A DNA stretch of 64,000 nt from Acutalibacteraceae bacterium (GTDB taxonomy: Bacteria; Bacillota; Clostridia; Oscillospirales; Acutalibacteraceae): positions 51,456 to 115,455 of the forward strand of contig JAZNRD010000033.1 of assembly GCA_045590515.1 (NCBI GenBank), given 5' to 3'. Positions 26,892 to 36,565 of the stretch are shown piece after piece (position 1 is the stretch's first letter; every line of letters starts with the position of its first letter). The notes under the pieces were generated by a model. That model saw only the letters and a program-made list of their open reading frames with translations, was not told the DNA's origin and did not search any database. The position numbers were made by a program, and so were the translations under genes.

Positions 26892-28100
26892 TTAACCTAT
26901 TTTCTTTTCAAGCTCTTTTCTGATAGCAGCGATGAATTCTTCGCTGTTTACAACGCGTGTTTCGCCCTCTGCAAGTGCTGCAAGGTCGCCGGTCATAACG
27001 CCAGACTCAATAGTATCAATGCAGGCAGCCTCTAACTTATCGGCAAAGTCGCAAAGTGCGCCGTTTCCATCTAATTCGCCGCGCTTTTTAAGCGCACCCG
27101 TCCAGGCAAAAATTGTCGCAATCGGGTTGCTTGAGGGCTTTTCACCCTTGAGCCAACGGTAGTAGTGACGGGTTACGGTGCCGTGTGCCGCCTCATATTC
27201 ATAGTTACCATCGGGGCTTACGAGCACGCTTGTCATCATAGCAAGCGAGCCGAAAGCGGTAGAAACCATATCGCTCATAACGTCGCCGTCGTAGTTCTTG
27301 CAAACCCAAAGGAAGCCGCCTTCCGAACGGATAACACGTGCAACAGCGTCATCAATAAGGGTGTAGAAATACTCGATTCCCGCAGCCTCAAACTTCTCTT
27401 TAAACTCCTCGTTATAAATGCGTTCAAAGATAAACTTGAAGGTCTGGTCATACTGCTTGGAAATGGTATCCTTGGTTGCAAACCACATATCCTGCTTTGT
27501 GGAGAGCGCATACTCGAAGCAAACGCGGGCAAATGACTCTATTGAGCTATCTTTATTATACTGACCCTGCAGAACACCTGCGCACTCAAAGTCATAAATT
27601 GTCTTCTTGAATTCTGTTCCGTCTTCGCCGTGGAAAACAAGCTCTGCCGTGCCCTTGCCGGGAACGCGGTACTCGGTTGCCTTATAAACATCACCGTAGG
27701 CGTGACGGGCAATGGTAATAGGCTTATTCCAGCGGCTAACGTATGGCTTTATGCGGCTTGTAAGAATAGGTGCGCGGAAAACTGTGCCGTCCAAAATCGC
27801 ACGGATAGTGCCGTTCGGACTCTTCCACATTTCCTTTAAGGAGTACTCCTCAACACGCTGAGCGTTGGGGGTAATTGTAGCACACTTAACGCCAACCTTG
27901 TGCTTCTTTATAGCATTTGCGGCATCAACCGTAACCTGGTCATTGGTTTCGTCGCGATATTTAAGTCCTAAGTCGTAATACTCTGTGTTAAGCTCAACAA
28001 AGGGGCATAAAAGCTCGTCCTTTATCATTTTCCAGAGTATTCTGGTCATTTCATCTCCGTCCATCTCAACGATGGGGTTTTGCATTTTGATTTTATCCAT
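26892..28100 (-). CDS. icd: NADP-dependent isocitrate dehydrogenase, eukaryote-like (type II) homodimeric form
   Basis: Start set to ATG 28098-28100 (MDKIKMQNPIVEMDGDEMTRILW). The GGAGGA RBS sits inside the last aconitase codons, and the aconitase TAA stop is 1 nt upstream. Confidence 0.9.
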   Translation of the reverse strand: MDKIKMQNPIVEMDGDEMTRILWKMIKDELLCPFVELNTEYYDLGLKYRDETNDQVTVDAANAIKKHKVGVKCATITPNAQRVEEYSLKEMWKSPNGTIRAILDGTVFRAPILTSRIKPYVSRWNKPITIARHAYGDVYKATEYRVPGKGTAELVFHGEDGTEFKKTIYDFECAGVLQGQYNKDSSIESFARVCFEYALSTKQDMWFATKDTISKQYDQTFKFIFERIYNEEFKEKFEAAGIEYFYTLIDDAVARVIRSEGGFLWVCKNYDGDVMSDMVSTAFGSLAMMTSVLVSPDGNYEYEAAHGTVTRHYYRWLKGEKPSSNPIATIFAWTGALKKRGELDGNGALCDFADKLEAACIDTIESGVMTGDLAALAEGETRVVNSEEFIAAIRKELEKKIG

Positions 28101-28101
28101 T

Positions 28102-30354
28102 TTAATCCTCCTTGTTCTGTGCGGCATACCAGTTCATAAGACAGCCCGAAAGCAGAATTTCGCGCTCCTTATCTGTAAGCCCTGCCATATGAAGAGTAAT
28201 CTCTTTTGCGCCGTTTTCGCCTATTAAATAGCCCTTTATAGACTCTTGTCCACTCTTCACAGCCTCTTTAATTCCGGGCACGAAAACATAGTCGTACGGC
28301 TCATAATCAAACTCTACCGACTCGTCGATAGTAAAGGGCATCATACCCCAGTTTATGCAGTTAGAGCGGTAACGCTTGGTTGCATATTCGTAGCAGATGT
28401 TTGCACCGCCGCCAAGCACACGCTGGCAAGAAGCCGCCTGCTCACGCGCAGAGCCGTCACCGGGCTTATTTGCAAATACGCAGGAAGCTACCGCGGTGTT
28501 TCCTAAAACCTCAGCATCAAAGCCTGCTTTTTTGAGCGCCGCAAGAGTGCTCTCATCGGGGTTGCCGTCAGCACGGTGCTGCTCCTCTGCACGAATGTTT
28601 GCAGTACGCGCAACATAGTCGGGGTCGCGGCGTGACAGCGCAAAGGTGGCAAGCTTTAACGGATTCGAACGGTAAGAAGAGGTTTCACCCGACGGAATAA
28701 GCTCGTCGGTTGTAGTTACGGGGTCGTGAATTACGCTGGCAAGACGGAGAAGTAAATTATCCGCAAGCGCAGGAATTCTCGGCCATTCGGTAATGTTGGG
28801 ACCAAAGCGAAGCTCAGCCTTTTCGTCGGCCTTCCCGAAGCCGAAATAAACACGCTTTTCGTAAGGTGCCTTTTCAAAGGTAAGCGGCTTTTCTTCGGGC
28901 ATTTTATAATCAATATCGGTAGCAGGAGTCAGCACACCGCCGTTTTTAGCGGTTGCAGCAATACTGCGTGCGTCCATAAGCATAACAGCCGAAAGCTGAC
29001 CGTCACCGGGGCGTGAGCCCTCACGGTTGGGGAAGTTACGGGTGGTGTGACGAATGGAAAGACCGTTGTTAGACGGAACATCGCCCGCACCGAAGCAAGG
29101 ACCGCAGAAGCAGGGCTTAAAGAGCGCGCCGCTTTCAAGCAGACTTTGCTGAATTCCGTCCTTGATAAGACGAAGATTAACAGGAACAGAGGGCGGATAA
29201 ACCGAAAGTGAGAAATATCCGTTGCCGACCGAGCTGTCACCTAAAATTGCGGCAGCCTCGGCTATGTTGTCATACATACCGCCTGCACAGCCCGCTATGA
29301 CGCCCTGGTCAACCATAATTTGTCCGTTTTTGACCTTGTTTGTAAGCTCAAGATGAACCTTGCCACCGAACTGCTCCTCAGCACGAAGCTCAGCCTCACG
29401 CAAAAGCTCGACACCGCCTGCAATCAGCTCGCGTACGGTATATGCCTCTGACGGATGGAATGGCAGCGCAGCCATACATTCAACCTTGCTAAGGTCGATT
29501 TCAATAACGCTGTCGTAGTATGCACCCTCCGCAGGCTCTAAGCGCTTGTATTCATCCGCTCTGCCGTGAACGGTAAGGTATTCTTCAACGCGGCTGTCGG
29601 TAGTCCAGATTGAAGAAAGACAGGCAGTTTCGGTGGTCATAACATCAATTCCGATACGGAAATCCATAGGAAGACTATCTACACCGGGACCTGCGAATTC
29701 GAGCACCTTGTTTTTAACAAAGCCGTTTTTATAAGTAGCGCCGCACAGAGCGATAGCAACGTCGTGCGGACCTACACCTCTCTGCGGCTTGCCCGTAAGG
29801 TATACAAGCACAACCTCGGGCGAGGCAACATCATATGTGTTAGAAAGCAGCTGCTTTACGATTTCGGGGCCGCCCTCACCGATACCCATAGTACCCAAAG
29901 CACCGTAACGGGTATGGCTGTCCGAGCCTAAAATCATTTTGCCGCAGCCGGTCATCATCTCGCGTGCGTACTGGTGAAGCACAGCCTGGTTGGCAGGAAC
30001 ATAGATACCGCCGTATTTCTTAGCGGCAGAAAGACCGAAAACATGGTCATCCTCATTTATCGTGCCGCCAACAGCGCAAAGACTGTTGTGGCAGTTGGTC
30101 ATAACATACGGTACAGGGAACTTCTTAAGTCCGCTTCCGCGTGCAGTCTGGATAATTCCTACATAGGTTATATCGTGCGAAATAAGGCTGTCAAACTTTA
30201 TACGCATAAGCGCGTCGTCGCTTGACGAGTTATGAGCATTCATAACCGTATAAGCCATTGTTTTTTTGCGTGCCTCGGTGACGTTTACGTTGTCGCCTGC
30301 GGGAACAGGTCTGCCGTTTTGCCACAAAGCACCGCCTTTTTTAAGAGTTACCAT
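28102..30354 (-). CDS. acn: aconitate hydratase
   Basis: 750 aa. Aconitase-family motifs GSDSHT and CGPCFG. Confidence 0.88.
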   Translation of the reverse strand: MVTLKKGGALWQNGRPVPAGDNVNVTEARKKTMAYTVMNAHNSSSDDALMRIKFDSLISHDITYVGIIQTARGSGLKKFPVPYVMTNCHNSLCAVGGTINEDDHVFGLSAAKKYGGIYVPANQAVLHQYAREMMTGCGKMILGSDSHTRYGALGTMGIGEGGPEIVKQLLSNTYDVASPEVVLVYLTGKPQRGVGPHDVAIALCGATYKNGFVKNKVLEFAGPGVDSLPMDFRIGIDVMTTETACLSSIWTTDSRVEEYLTVHGRADEYKRLEPAEGAYYDSVIEIDLSKVECMAALPFHPSEAYTVRELIAGGVELLREAELRAEEQFGGKVHLELTNKVKNGQIMVDQGVIAGCAGGMYDNIAEAAAILGDSSVGNGYFSLSVYPPSVPVNLRLIKDGIQQSLLESGALFKPCFCGPCFGAGDVPSNNGLSIRHTTRNFPNREGSRPGDGQLSAVMLMDARSIAATAKNGGVLTPATDIDYKMPEEKPLTFEKAPYEKRVYFGFGKADEKAELRFGPNITEWPRIPALADNLLLRLASVIHDPVTTTDELIPSGETSSYRSNPLKLATFALSRRDPDYVARTANIRAEEQHRADGNPDESTLAALKKAGFDAEVLGNTAVASCVFANKPGDGSAREQAASCQRVLGGGANICYEYATKRYRSNCINWGMMPFTIDESVEFDYEPYDYVFVPGIKEAVKSGQESIKGYLIGENGAKEITLHMAGLTDKEREILLSGCLMNWYAAQNKED

Positions 30355-30503
30355 TTGAATCCCTCTTTGCTTAAATAAAATTTTTACATATTACTATACC
30401 ACAAAACAAAAATAAAATAAAGCCTTTTTATAAAATATTTTTCATATATAGACTGCCGCCCCAAACAGAGTATGCAAACACTTCCACAATTTGTAAAAAC
30501 ATC

Positions 30504-30532
30504 TTGCCAATAGACTTAAATTGGTGTATAAT
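30504..30532 (+). promoter_or_regulatory. sigma-A promoter TTGCCA-17-TATAAT
   Basis: TTGCCA at 30504-30509, TATAAT at 30527-30532, upstream of citrate synthase. Confidence 0.65.
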
Positions 30533-30569
30533 AACATATTATTTTATTCCTTTAAAGAGGGTGTTCCCT

Positions 30570-31928
30570 ATGAGCAATTTTAAAACAGAGCTTGAACAAG
30601 TAAGCCACGCTCTTGATGGCTTTGGTGAAAACATTGAAAGTGTTTACACCGTAGACCAGGGCTATGCCACCAAGCGCGGACTTCGAAACGATGATGGCAC
30701 AGGAGTGCTTGTTGGCGTTACGGGTATAGGCAGTGTTCAGGGTTACTATATGGAGGACAGTGAGCGTGTACCGACCGAAGGTCAGCTTTATTACCGCGGA
30801 ATAAGCGTGCTTGATATTATAAAAAGCCACCGTGAGAGCAACACCTTCGGCTATGAAGAGGTTGCATATCTACTGTTGTTCGGCAAGCTTCCCACAAGAG
30901 AAGAATTTGAACGCTTTAACGCAATTCTTTCGCGCAACCGCGCCCTGCCCGACAGCTTTACGGAGGACGTTTTACTCCGTGCTCCGTCGCGCAATATTAT
31001 GAATCAGCTCTCCCGCGGAATTGAGGCGCTTTATTCGTATGACGAGATTGACGATGACACCTCGCCCGAAAATCTGCTGCGTCAGTCGATTGAGCTTATA
31101 GCCCGTTTCCCGTCGATAGTTGCCAACGCTTACGCCGTTAAGCGCCACCGTTTTTACGGCAAATCGCTTTACATACATAACCCCAAATCAGGTCTTTCGC
31201 TTTCGGAAAACTTTCTTAGAATGGTTCGTCCCGACAAGACCTATACCGACGAAGAGGCAAAGCTGCTTGATATAATGCTCATCTTGCACGCTGAGCACGG
31301 CGGCGGTAACAACTCTGCCTTTGTTTGCCGCGCGGTTTCCTCAAGCGGTACCGATACCTATAGCGCTATTGCGGCGGCTGTAAACTCGCTTAAAGGACCG
31401 CTGCACGGTGGAGCCAACGCAAAGGTTATGGAAATGATAAGCTTTATAAAGCGTGACCTTCCCGACTATTCGAACGAGGAAAAGCTTCGTGATTATCTTA
31501 ATAAACTGCTTGACGGCACCGCAGGTGACCGCTCGGGCAAGATTTACGGACTTGGACACGCGGTTTATACAATTTCTGACCCGCGCGCAGTTTCGATTCG
31601 TGAGAGCGCACGCTCGCTTGCCGAAAAGTACGGCAGAATTGAAGAGCTTAAGCTTCTTGAAAATATTGAGCGTATAGGCAAGGAGCTCATTTGCGAACGC
31701 AAAAAGCTTTCGCTCCCGATTTGTGCAAATGTCGACCTTTATTCAGGCTTCGTTTACGATATGCTTGGCATACCCGAGGATTTGTATACTCCCCTCTTCG
31801 CCATCGCCCGCGTTGCAGGCTGGTGTGCTCACCGTATGGAAGAGCTTATTTCGTGCAAGCGCATTATGCGCCCTGCTTATAAGGCGGCCGTTAAAAAGCT
31901 GCCCTATACCCCACTTGATGAAAGATAA
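30570..31928 (+). CDS. gltA: citrate synthase
   Basis: Start set to MSNFKTELEQV (RBS AAAGAGGG). Citrate-synthase signature regions LILHAEHGGGNNSAF and GLGHAVY. Confidence 0.88.
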   Translation: MSNFKTELEQVSHALDGFGENIESVYTVDQGYATKRGLRNDDGTGVLVGVTGIGSVQGYYMEDSERVPTEGQLYYRGISVLDIIKSHRESNTFGYEEVAYLLLFGKLPTREEFERFNAILSRNRALPDSFTEDVLLRAPSRNIMNQLSRGIEALYSYDEIDDDTSPENLLRQSIELIARFPSIVANAYAVKRHRFYGKSLYIHNPKSGLSLSENFLRMVRPDKTYTDEEAKLLDIMLILHAEHGGGNNSAFVCRAVSSSGTDTYSAIAAAVNSLKGPLHGGANAKVMEMISFIKRDLPDYSNEEKLRDYLNKLLDGTAGDRSGKIYGLGHAVYTISDPRAVSIRESARSLAEKYGRIEELKLLENIERIGKELICERKKLSLPICANVDLYSGFVYDMLGIPEDLYTPLFAIARVAGWCAHRMEELISCKRIMRPAYKAAVKKLPYTPLDER

Positions 31929-31929
31929 C

Positions 31930-31959
31930 AAAACCCCGATGCTTACGCGTCGGGGTTTT
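31930..31959 (+). terminator. rho-independent terminator
   Basis: AAAACCCCGA-loop-TCGGGGTTTT. Confidence 0.8.
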
Positions 31960-32092
31960 CTTTATAAAACAAACGCAAAACAGTGTAATATAAACTCGCT
32001 TGTGTCGTTTTGTGTATATTGGAATGTTTTGTGCATTTACATAAACTAAGCTTTCAGTTAGACTATTTTCTAAGCTACAGGAGGTAGAGTTT

Positions 32093-34009
32093 ATGGTTTC
32101 GCTTAAAATACATAACAACATTCCCGTACAAAATGATTTCTGGGGCAACGGCGCTATTTATCACGGCTTTGCCGGTCAGCCCGACGATATGGACCGCGTA
32201 TACACAGAAGAGCAGTGCGACCTCGAGGCCGCTCGTGCCGCTAATATGCGCCTTAAAATTGCGCGCACCTTTTACGGCTGGTGGGCCTTTGATGAAGCGC
32301 GCGGTGTATGGGATTGGGATAATGAGCGAATGACCGCTTTCTACGGCTGGCTTTCTCGCATGAAGGCAGCGAACATTACCGTTGCACTTAATACGGGCTG
32401 GTGCTCACCCGGCGACATTAACTCGACCTGTTGGAACGGCAAAAGTCCGTTTACTGTAGAAAATGACTGGGAGCAAAGCGTTAAAAACTACGCCGACTGG
32501 GTTAGCGAAACCGTTTATCAGTTAGTAGAGCTTCGCGGCTTTACAAATGTAAAAATTTTAACTCTGTTTACCGAGCCGCAGCGTTATAGCGGAAAGCCAA
32601 ACGACCCGTCGCAGACTCCGTATGACCTTTGGTTTGAGTCTTCAAAGGCGGTACACGAGGCTCTCCTTCGCGACGGCAGAAGAGATAAGGTTTTCCTTAT
32701 GGGGCCCAATGAGGGTAGCACTGTTTCGAGTGATATGCTCAAGGAGATGGCACAAAAGGCCGACTTTATTGATATTTTTTCGAGCCACAACTATCAGTGG
32801 GTTGAAACCGCTAAGGCAGAATATATAAAGACAGGCAACACCTATATGGCTTTAACACGCCAGTTTTCGCGCGCAAGCCAAAAGGTTAAGCTAAAGCCGA
32901 AAACCGACTATGTCGCCACTATTGATATGCTCTATAAATCGGATTTCCCCGACCAGCAGGGCAGCTTTATATTCGGTGTATACAAATACCACGAAAGCGG
33001 AGATATTGTTGCAGGCGGACTTCTTCCCTCCGCCACATATGACAGTATCTTAGTAATAAATCCGAACGATATCCCCAAAACCTATAAGCGTTATACAATT
33101 CGCTTTAATTCGGGTGATGTGACCGAGGCGCTGTTCGGCGTATTCTCGGGTGTTAAGTGGCCCGATGTTCTGAACACCAATACACTCGGCGTAACCGACA
33201 AAAGCGACACGCGCAAGCCCGGCGTTGCTTTTATAGAAAAGATGAGTCTTGTTGAGATTGCAAGCGGCACTCAGATTGCAGAAAACCACGATTTCAGCAA
33301 AAACTATGAGGGCTGGAACATAACCAGCACCGCAGGCGGCGTGCCCGAGCCGTATACCGATTGGTACAGTTGGTCAAAAACCGCTTTGGCGGCTCTTCCT
33401 GGAGAAAAAAACAACAAGGCATACTGCTACGACGAATACAATATAACCTACAACCGCGACAATTCACGCGATGAATTAGGCGCAGAGCTTGTAGATGCGG
33501 CAGTTGCTCTTATGAACAGCGGTGTACGCGCCACGATGCTTTGGACACTTTTTGACCAGCAGTGGCCCAATAACCATACATATAATAACGATTCGTTCGT
33601 GGACGGTGACCATCGCTGCGGTCTTATGCCGAATTTGCGTTTCTCCACCGTTCCGCACAAAGCGTTTTATGCATTTTCCCTGCTCAGCCGCTATGTTGAC
33701 GGCTTCGGCACCAAGGTTTATGAGGGTGAAGGAAAAGACGGCGTTCACGCTACTATGAGCTTTTCAGCGGACGGCGAAATTACAATAGTTGTTGTAAACA
33801 ACAGCCCCAAAGAGCGCGATTTCACGCTTATGCTTGACAGTCCTCTTTTCGTTACTATGTTCCGCCACCGCTTTGACCCCAAAACACTCATACCCGATGC
33901 AAAGGCAAAGCCAATTCCCGCAGACCATAAATATAAAAGTATAGGCGACTGCATTTGCGACCACATAGCACCCTACGGTGTTACGGTCTACACAACACAT
34001 AAAGACTAA
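32093..34009 (+). CDS. putative cytoplasmic glycoside hydrolase, clan GH-A-like TIM barrel with an inserted beta-sandwich module; family not assignable
   Basis: 638 aa, no signal peptide. LFTEPQ (NEP-like acid/base position) and CYDEYN (candidate nucleophile strand) are split by a ~170-aa insertion. Confidence 0.45.
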   Translation: MVSLKIHNNIPVQNDFWGNGAIYHGFAGQPDDMDRVYTEEQCDLEAARAANMRLKIARTFYGWWAFDEARGVWDWDNERMTAFYGWLSRMKAANITVALNTGWCSPGDINSTCWNGKSPFTVENDWEQSVKNYADWVSETVYQLVELRGFTNVKILTLFTEPQRYSGKPNDPSQTPYDLWFESSKAVHEALLRDGRRDKVFLMGPNEGSTVSSDMLKEMAQKADFIDIFSSHNYQWVETAKAEYIKTGNTYMALTRQFSRASQKVKLKPKTDYVATIDMLYKSDFPDQQGSFIFGVYKYHESGDIVAGGLLPSATYDSILVINPNDIPKTYKRYTIRFNSGDVTEALFGVFSGVKWPDVLNTNTLGVTDKSDTRKPGVAFIEKMSLVEIASGTQIAENHDFSKNYEGWNITSTAGGVPEPYTDWYSWSKTALAALPGEKNNKAYCYDEYNITYNRDNSRDELGAELVDAAVALMNSGVRATMLWTLFDQQWPNNHTYNNDSFVDGDHRCGLMPNLRFSTVPHKAFYAFSLLSRYVDGFGTKVYEGEGKDGVHATMSFSADGEITIVVVNNSPKERDFTLMLDSPLFVTMFRHRFDPKTLIPDAKAKPIPADHKYKSIGDCICDHIAPYGVTVYTTHKD

Positions 34010-34013
34010 CTTT

Positions 34014-34045
34014 AAAAAGCCGAAGATTTTTCTTCGGCTTTTTCT
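34014..34045 (+). terminator. rho-independent terminator
   Basis: AAAAGCCGAAGA-TTTTT-CTTCGGCTTTT. Confidence 0.8.
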
Positions 34046-34046
34046 A

Positions 34047-34099
34047 TTGACAAAATAAAAACTTCGTGATATACTACATTTAACAATTAAGTTAAATGT
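34047..34099 (+). promoter_or_regulatory. promoter TTGACA-17-TATACT, immediately followed by the palindrome ACATTTAAC-6-GTTAAATGT (ArsR/SdpR operator candidate)
   Basis: TTGACA at 34047-34052, TATACT at 34070-34075, inverted-repeat arms at 34076-34084 and 34091-34099. Confidence 0.6.
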
Positions 34100-34115
34100 T
34101 AAATGAGGTGACTGT

Positions 34116-34379
34116 ATGGGACTGCAAAACACACTTCGCGCACTCGCCGACCCTGTGAGGCGTGATATACTTAACATGCTCAAAAGCGGGCGTCTTTCGG
34201 CGGGTCAAATAAGTGAGCATTTTTCAATTACCGATGCGGCGATTTCCCGCCATTTATCGGTACTGAAGGATGCTGACCTGATACGCGACACGCGCGAGGG
34301 CAAATATATATATTATGAGCTTAACGCCTCGGTGCTTGAGGAAATAATGCTCTTTATAACCGATTTGAAAGGAGAATAA
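34116..34379 (+). CDS. ArsR/SmtB-family (SdpR-like) transcriptional repressor
   Basis: 87 aa. LADPVRRDILNMLKSGRLSAGQISEHFSITDAAISRHLSVLKDADLI is a typical ArsR wHTH. Confidence 0.85.
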   Translation: MGLQNTLRALADPVRRDILNMLKSGRLSAGQISEHFSITDAAISRHLSVLKDADLIRDTREGKYIYYELNASVLEEIMLFITDLKGE

Positions 34380-34381
34380 AT

Positions 34382-35455
34382 ATGATAAAAAATAATAAAC
34401 TGAAGACCTTAATTTCTTCAATTATAACCCTCCTGCCAATAGTATTTGGACTAATAATGTGGGATAAACTACCCGCTAATATGAACATACACTGGAATAT
34501 AAGCGGTGAGGCAGACGGCACAGGAAGCAAAGCTCTTGTCGTATTTTTAGTTCCGCTTGTTTTGCTTTTATTTCATTTAATTTGTTTAATTGTAACCTCT
34601 TTCGACCGCAAGCAAAAAGAGCAAAATCCCAAGGCGCTTTCGATAGTTTTTTGGATTATACCTGCTCTTTCGGTTTACGTAAACCTCATTATGTATTCCT
34701 TTGCTTTTGGTTACGAAATTAAAATGGAAGCAATAACCCTTATTTTGCTTGGAGTTTTGCTCGCGGTAATAGGCAATTATATGCCCAAGGTTAAGCAGAA
34801 CAGCACCTTAGGTATTAAAATTAAGTGGACGCTTGAAAATGAGGAAAACTGGAACGCCACCCACCGTTTTGCCGGTCGCGTATGGTTCTTTTGCGGCATA
34901 GGCTTACTGATATCTGTTTTCTTTGCCACCACAGCATACATTATAGCTTTTATATTAGTTGCACTGCTTCTTGTTACCGCGGTAGTTCCTATCATTTACT
35001 CCTTTGTATACTATCTAAAGCAGAAGAAAGCAGGCACTGCTGTTTTAACACCCTTAAGCAATACTCAGAAAAAAGCAAGAATATTCGCTTGGATTGCTAT
35101 TATTATCGTGTTGCTTGTTCTGACATTTATAATGTTTACGGGCGATATAAAAATAGACTACAGCGAAGATTACTTCAAAATAAACGCCACTTACTATGAC
35201 GATGTAACGGTAAAATATGAAGATATAGACAGTATAGAATACCTCGAGACTGATAAAAAAGGTATAAAAATAAACGGTTTCAACAGTGCGCGTCTGCTGC
35301 TTGGAATCTATGAGAATGATGAGTTTGGCAAACACACACGCTTTTCATATACCGCTTGCGATAGTGCAGTTGTGCTGAAAATTGAAGACAACATTTTGGT
35401 TTTGAGCGGAAAAGATACCGCCGAAACAAAGGAAATTTATAATAAACTCAAATAG
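34382..35455 (+). CDS. SdpI-family membrane protein (DUF1648 + SdpI-like TM core) fused to a C-terminal PH-like soluble domain
   Basis: 357 aa, adjacent to an SdpR-like gene with a 2-nt gap. Multiple TM helices, and the WTLENEENWNATHRFAG motif typical of SdpI/YhfL proteins. Confidence 0.7.
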   Translation: MIKNNKLKTLISSIITLLPIVFGLIMWDKLPANMNIHWNISGEADGTGSKALVVFLVPLVLLLFHLICLIVTSFDRKQKEQNPKALSIVFWIIPALSVYVNLIMYSFAFGYEIKMEAITLILLGVLLAVIGNYMPKVKQNSTLGIKIKWTLENEENWNATHRFAGRVWFFCGIGLLISVFFATTAYIIAFILVALLLVTAVVPIIYSFVYYLKQKKAGTAVLTPLSNTQKKARIFAWIAIIIVLLVLTFIMFTGDIKIDYSEDYFKINATYYDDVTVKYEDIDSIEYLETDKKGIKINGFNSARLLLGIYENDEFGKHTRFSYTACDSAVVLKIEDNILVLSGKDTAETKEIYNKLK

Positions 35456-35481
35456 AAAAAAGGCTGCGTTGCAGCCTTTTT
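35455..35481. terminator. bidirectional terminator
   Basis: AAAAAAGGCTGC-GTT-GCAGCCTTTTT between convergent genes. Confidence 0.8.
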
Positions 35482-36523
35482 ATTTTAGTTCTGTAAGTAG
35501 CTTTGTAAGCGCATTTCCGACAAGCTCTGCCGAATAGACCGCCTCCTCCAGCGTGTTGGCGTCTGTACCCATTTCTATCAGCATAGAGCCGGTTGTGAGG
35601 TGCTGGTTATATAGCTTTGAGGTCAGCAAAATCGGTCTTGCAAGAGAGGGGTACATTTCCTCGAGCGTCTTGTGAAAAAGCATACAAAGGCGCATATTTT
35701 CGCGCCAATTCGGATACCCCTCAACATTTCCCGTCTGACTGCCTTGCACTAACATTACCTGTGCCGCTTTCTTGCCGTCTATCTCCTTTACAAGCTTTAT
35801 TTTATCGCTGCCGTCCGCCACTGCATCCCTATGTATGTCTATCACAATTTTTATTGACGGGTACTTTTTAAGATAGCTTTTTATAGTAGCTTTAGAGGCA
35901 TTGTAGCTACCTGTGTACGACGGATAATCGTGCAATGTTTTGTCGTGCAAAACCGCATATCCCGCATTTTTTACAACCGCCGCAACCGTTTCACCTATTT
36001 TTATCATATTTTTATCCGCCTCGGTCGAGCGCGAGGCATCACTTTTGGTGTAGTAGTCGCGTTCTTCAAGCATATAAGATTCGGTCGCGTGGGTGTGAAC
36101 AATAAGTATTTGCGGCGTATCACCCTTGCTTATTTTTATATCGGTGCCCGTCTTTAGTTCACTTTTTATATTAACCTCTGCACCCGAAATATTCTTTAAA
36201 TACACGCCGCCATAGGAGTTGGTCGCGCTGCTCGGCGCTATGGTGCGCGATATTATTTTGCCGCTTACCGTTTTGTCCTCTGCTACGGTTGTTGTCTGCT
36301 CTTTTGAGGACACGGGTGCGCTTGAAGCAGACTCGGTTTCTGAGGAAACCTCTGCCGTCTGCTGACCGCCTGATACAACAGACTCTGACGACTGTATTTG
36401 CGTGCTGCTGTTTTCCGCAACAGGTATATTTCCAAAAGCGAGTGTCACTGTGCCGTAAAGCAGCGTACATACCGACAAAACTGCCACAAGCGCGAGCCTT
36501 AACACCGCCAAAGATTTATTCAT
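35480..36523 (-). CDS. spoIIP: stage II sporulation protein P
   Basis: Signal/anchor MNKSLAVLRLALVAVLSV, and ILIVHTHATESY matching the SpoIIP IYHTHxxESY signature. Conserved position after gpr. Confidence 0.85.
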   Translation of the reverse strand: MNKSLAVLRLALVAVLSVCTLLYGTVTLAFGNIPVAENSSTQIQSSESVVSGGQQTAEVSSETESASSAPVSSKEQTTTVAEDKTVSGKIISRTIAPSSATNSYGGVYLKNISGAEVNIKSELKTGTDIKISKGDTPQILIVHTHATESYMLEERDYYTKSDASRSTEADKNMIKIGETVAAVVKNAGYAVLHDKTLHDYPSYTGSYNASKATIKSYLKKYPSIKIVIDIHRDAVADGSDKIKLVKEIDGKKAAQVMLVQGSQTGNVEGYPNWRENMRLCMLFHKTLEEMYPSLARPILLTSKLYNQHLTTGSMLIEMGTDANTLEEAVYSAELVGNALTKLLTELK

Positions 36524-36565
36524 AAAAATTATCACCCGATAAATTATATGTATTCCCTCGAATAA

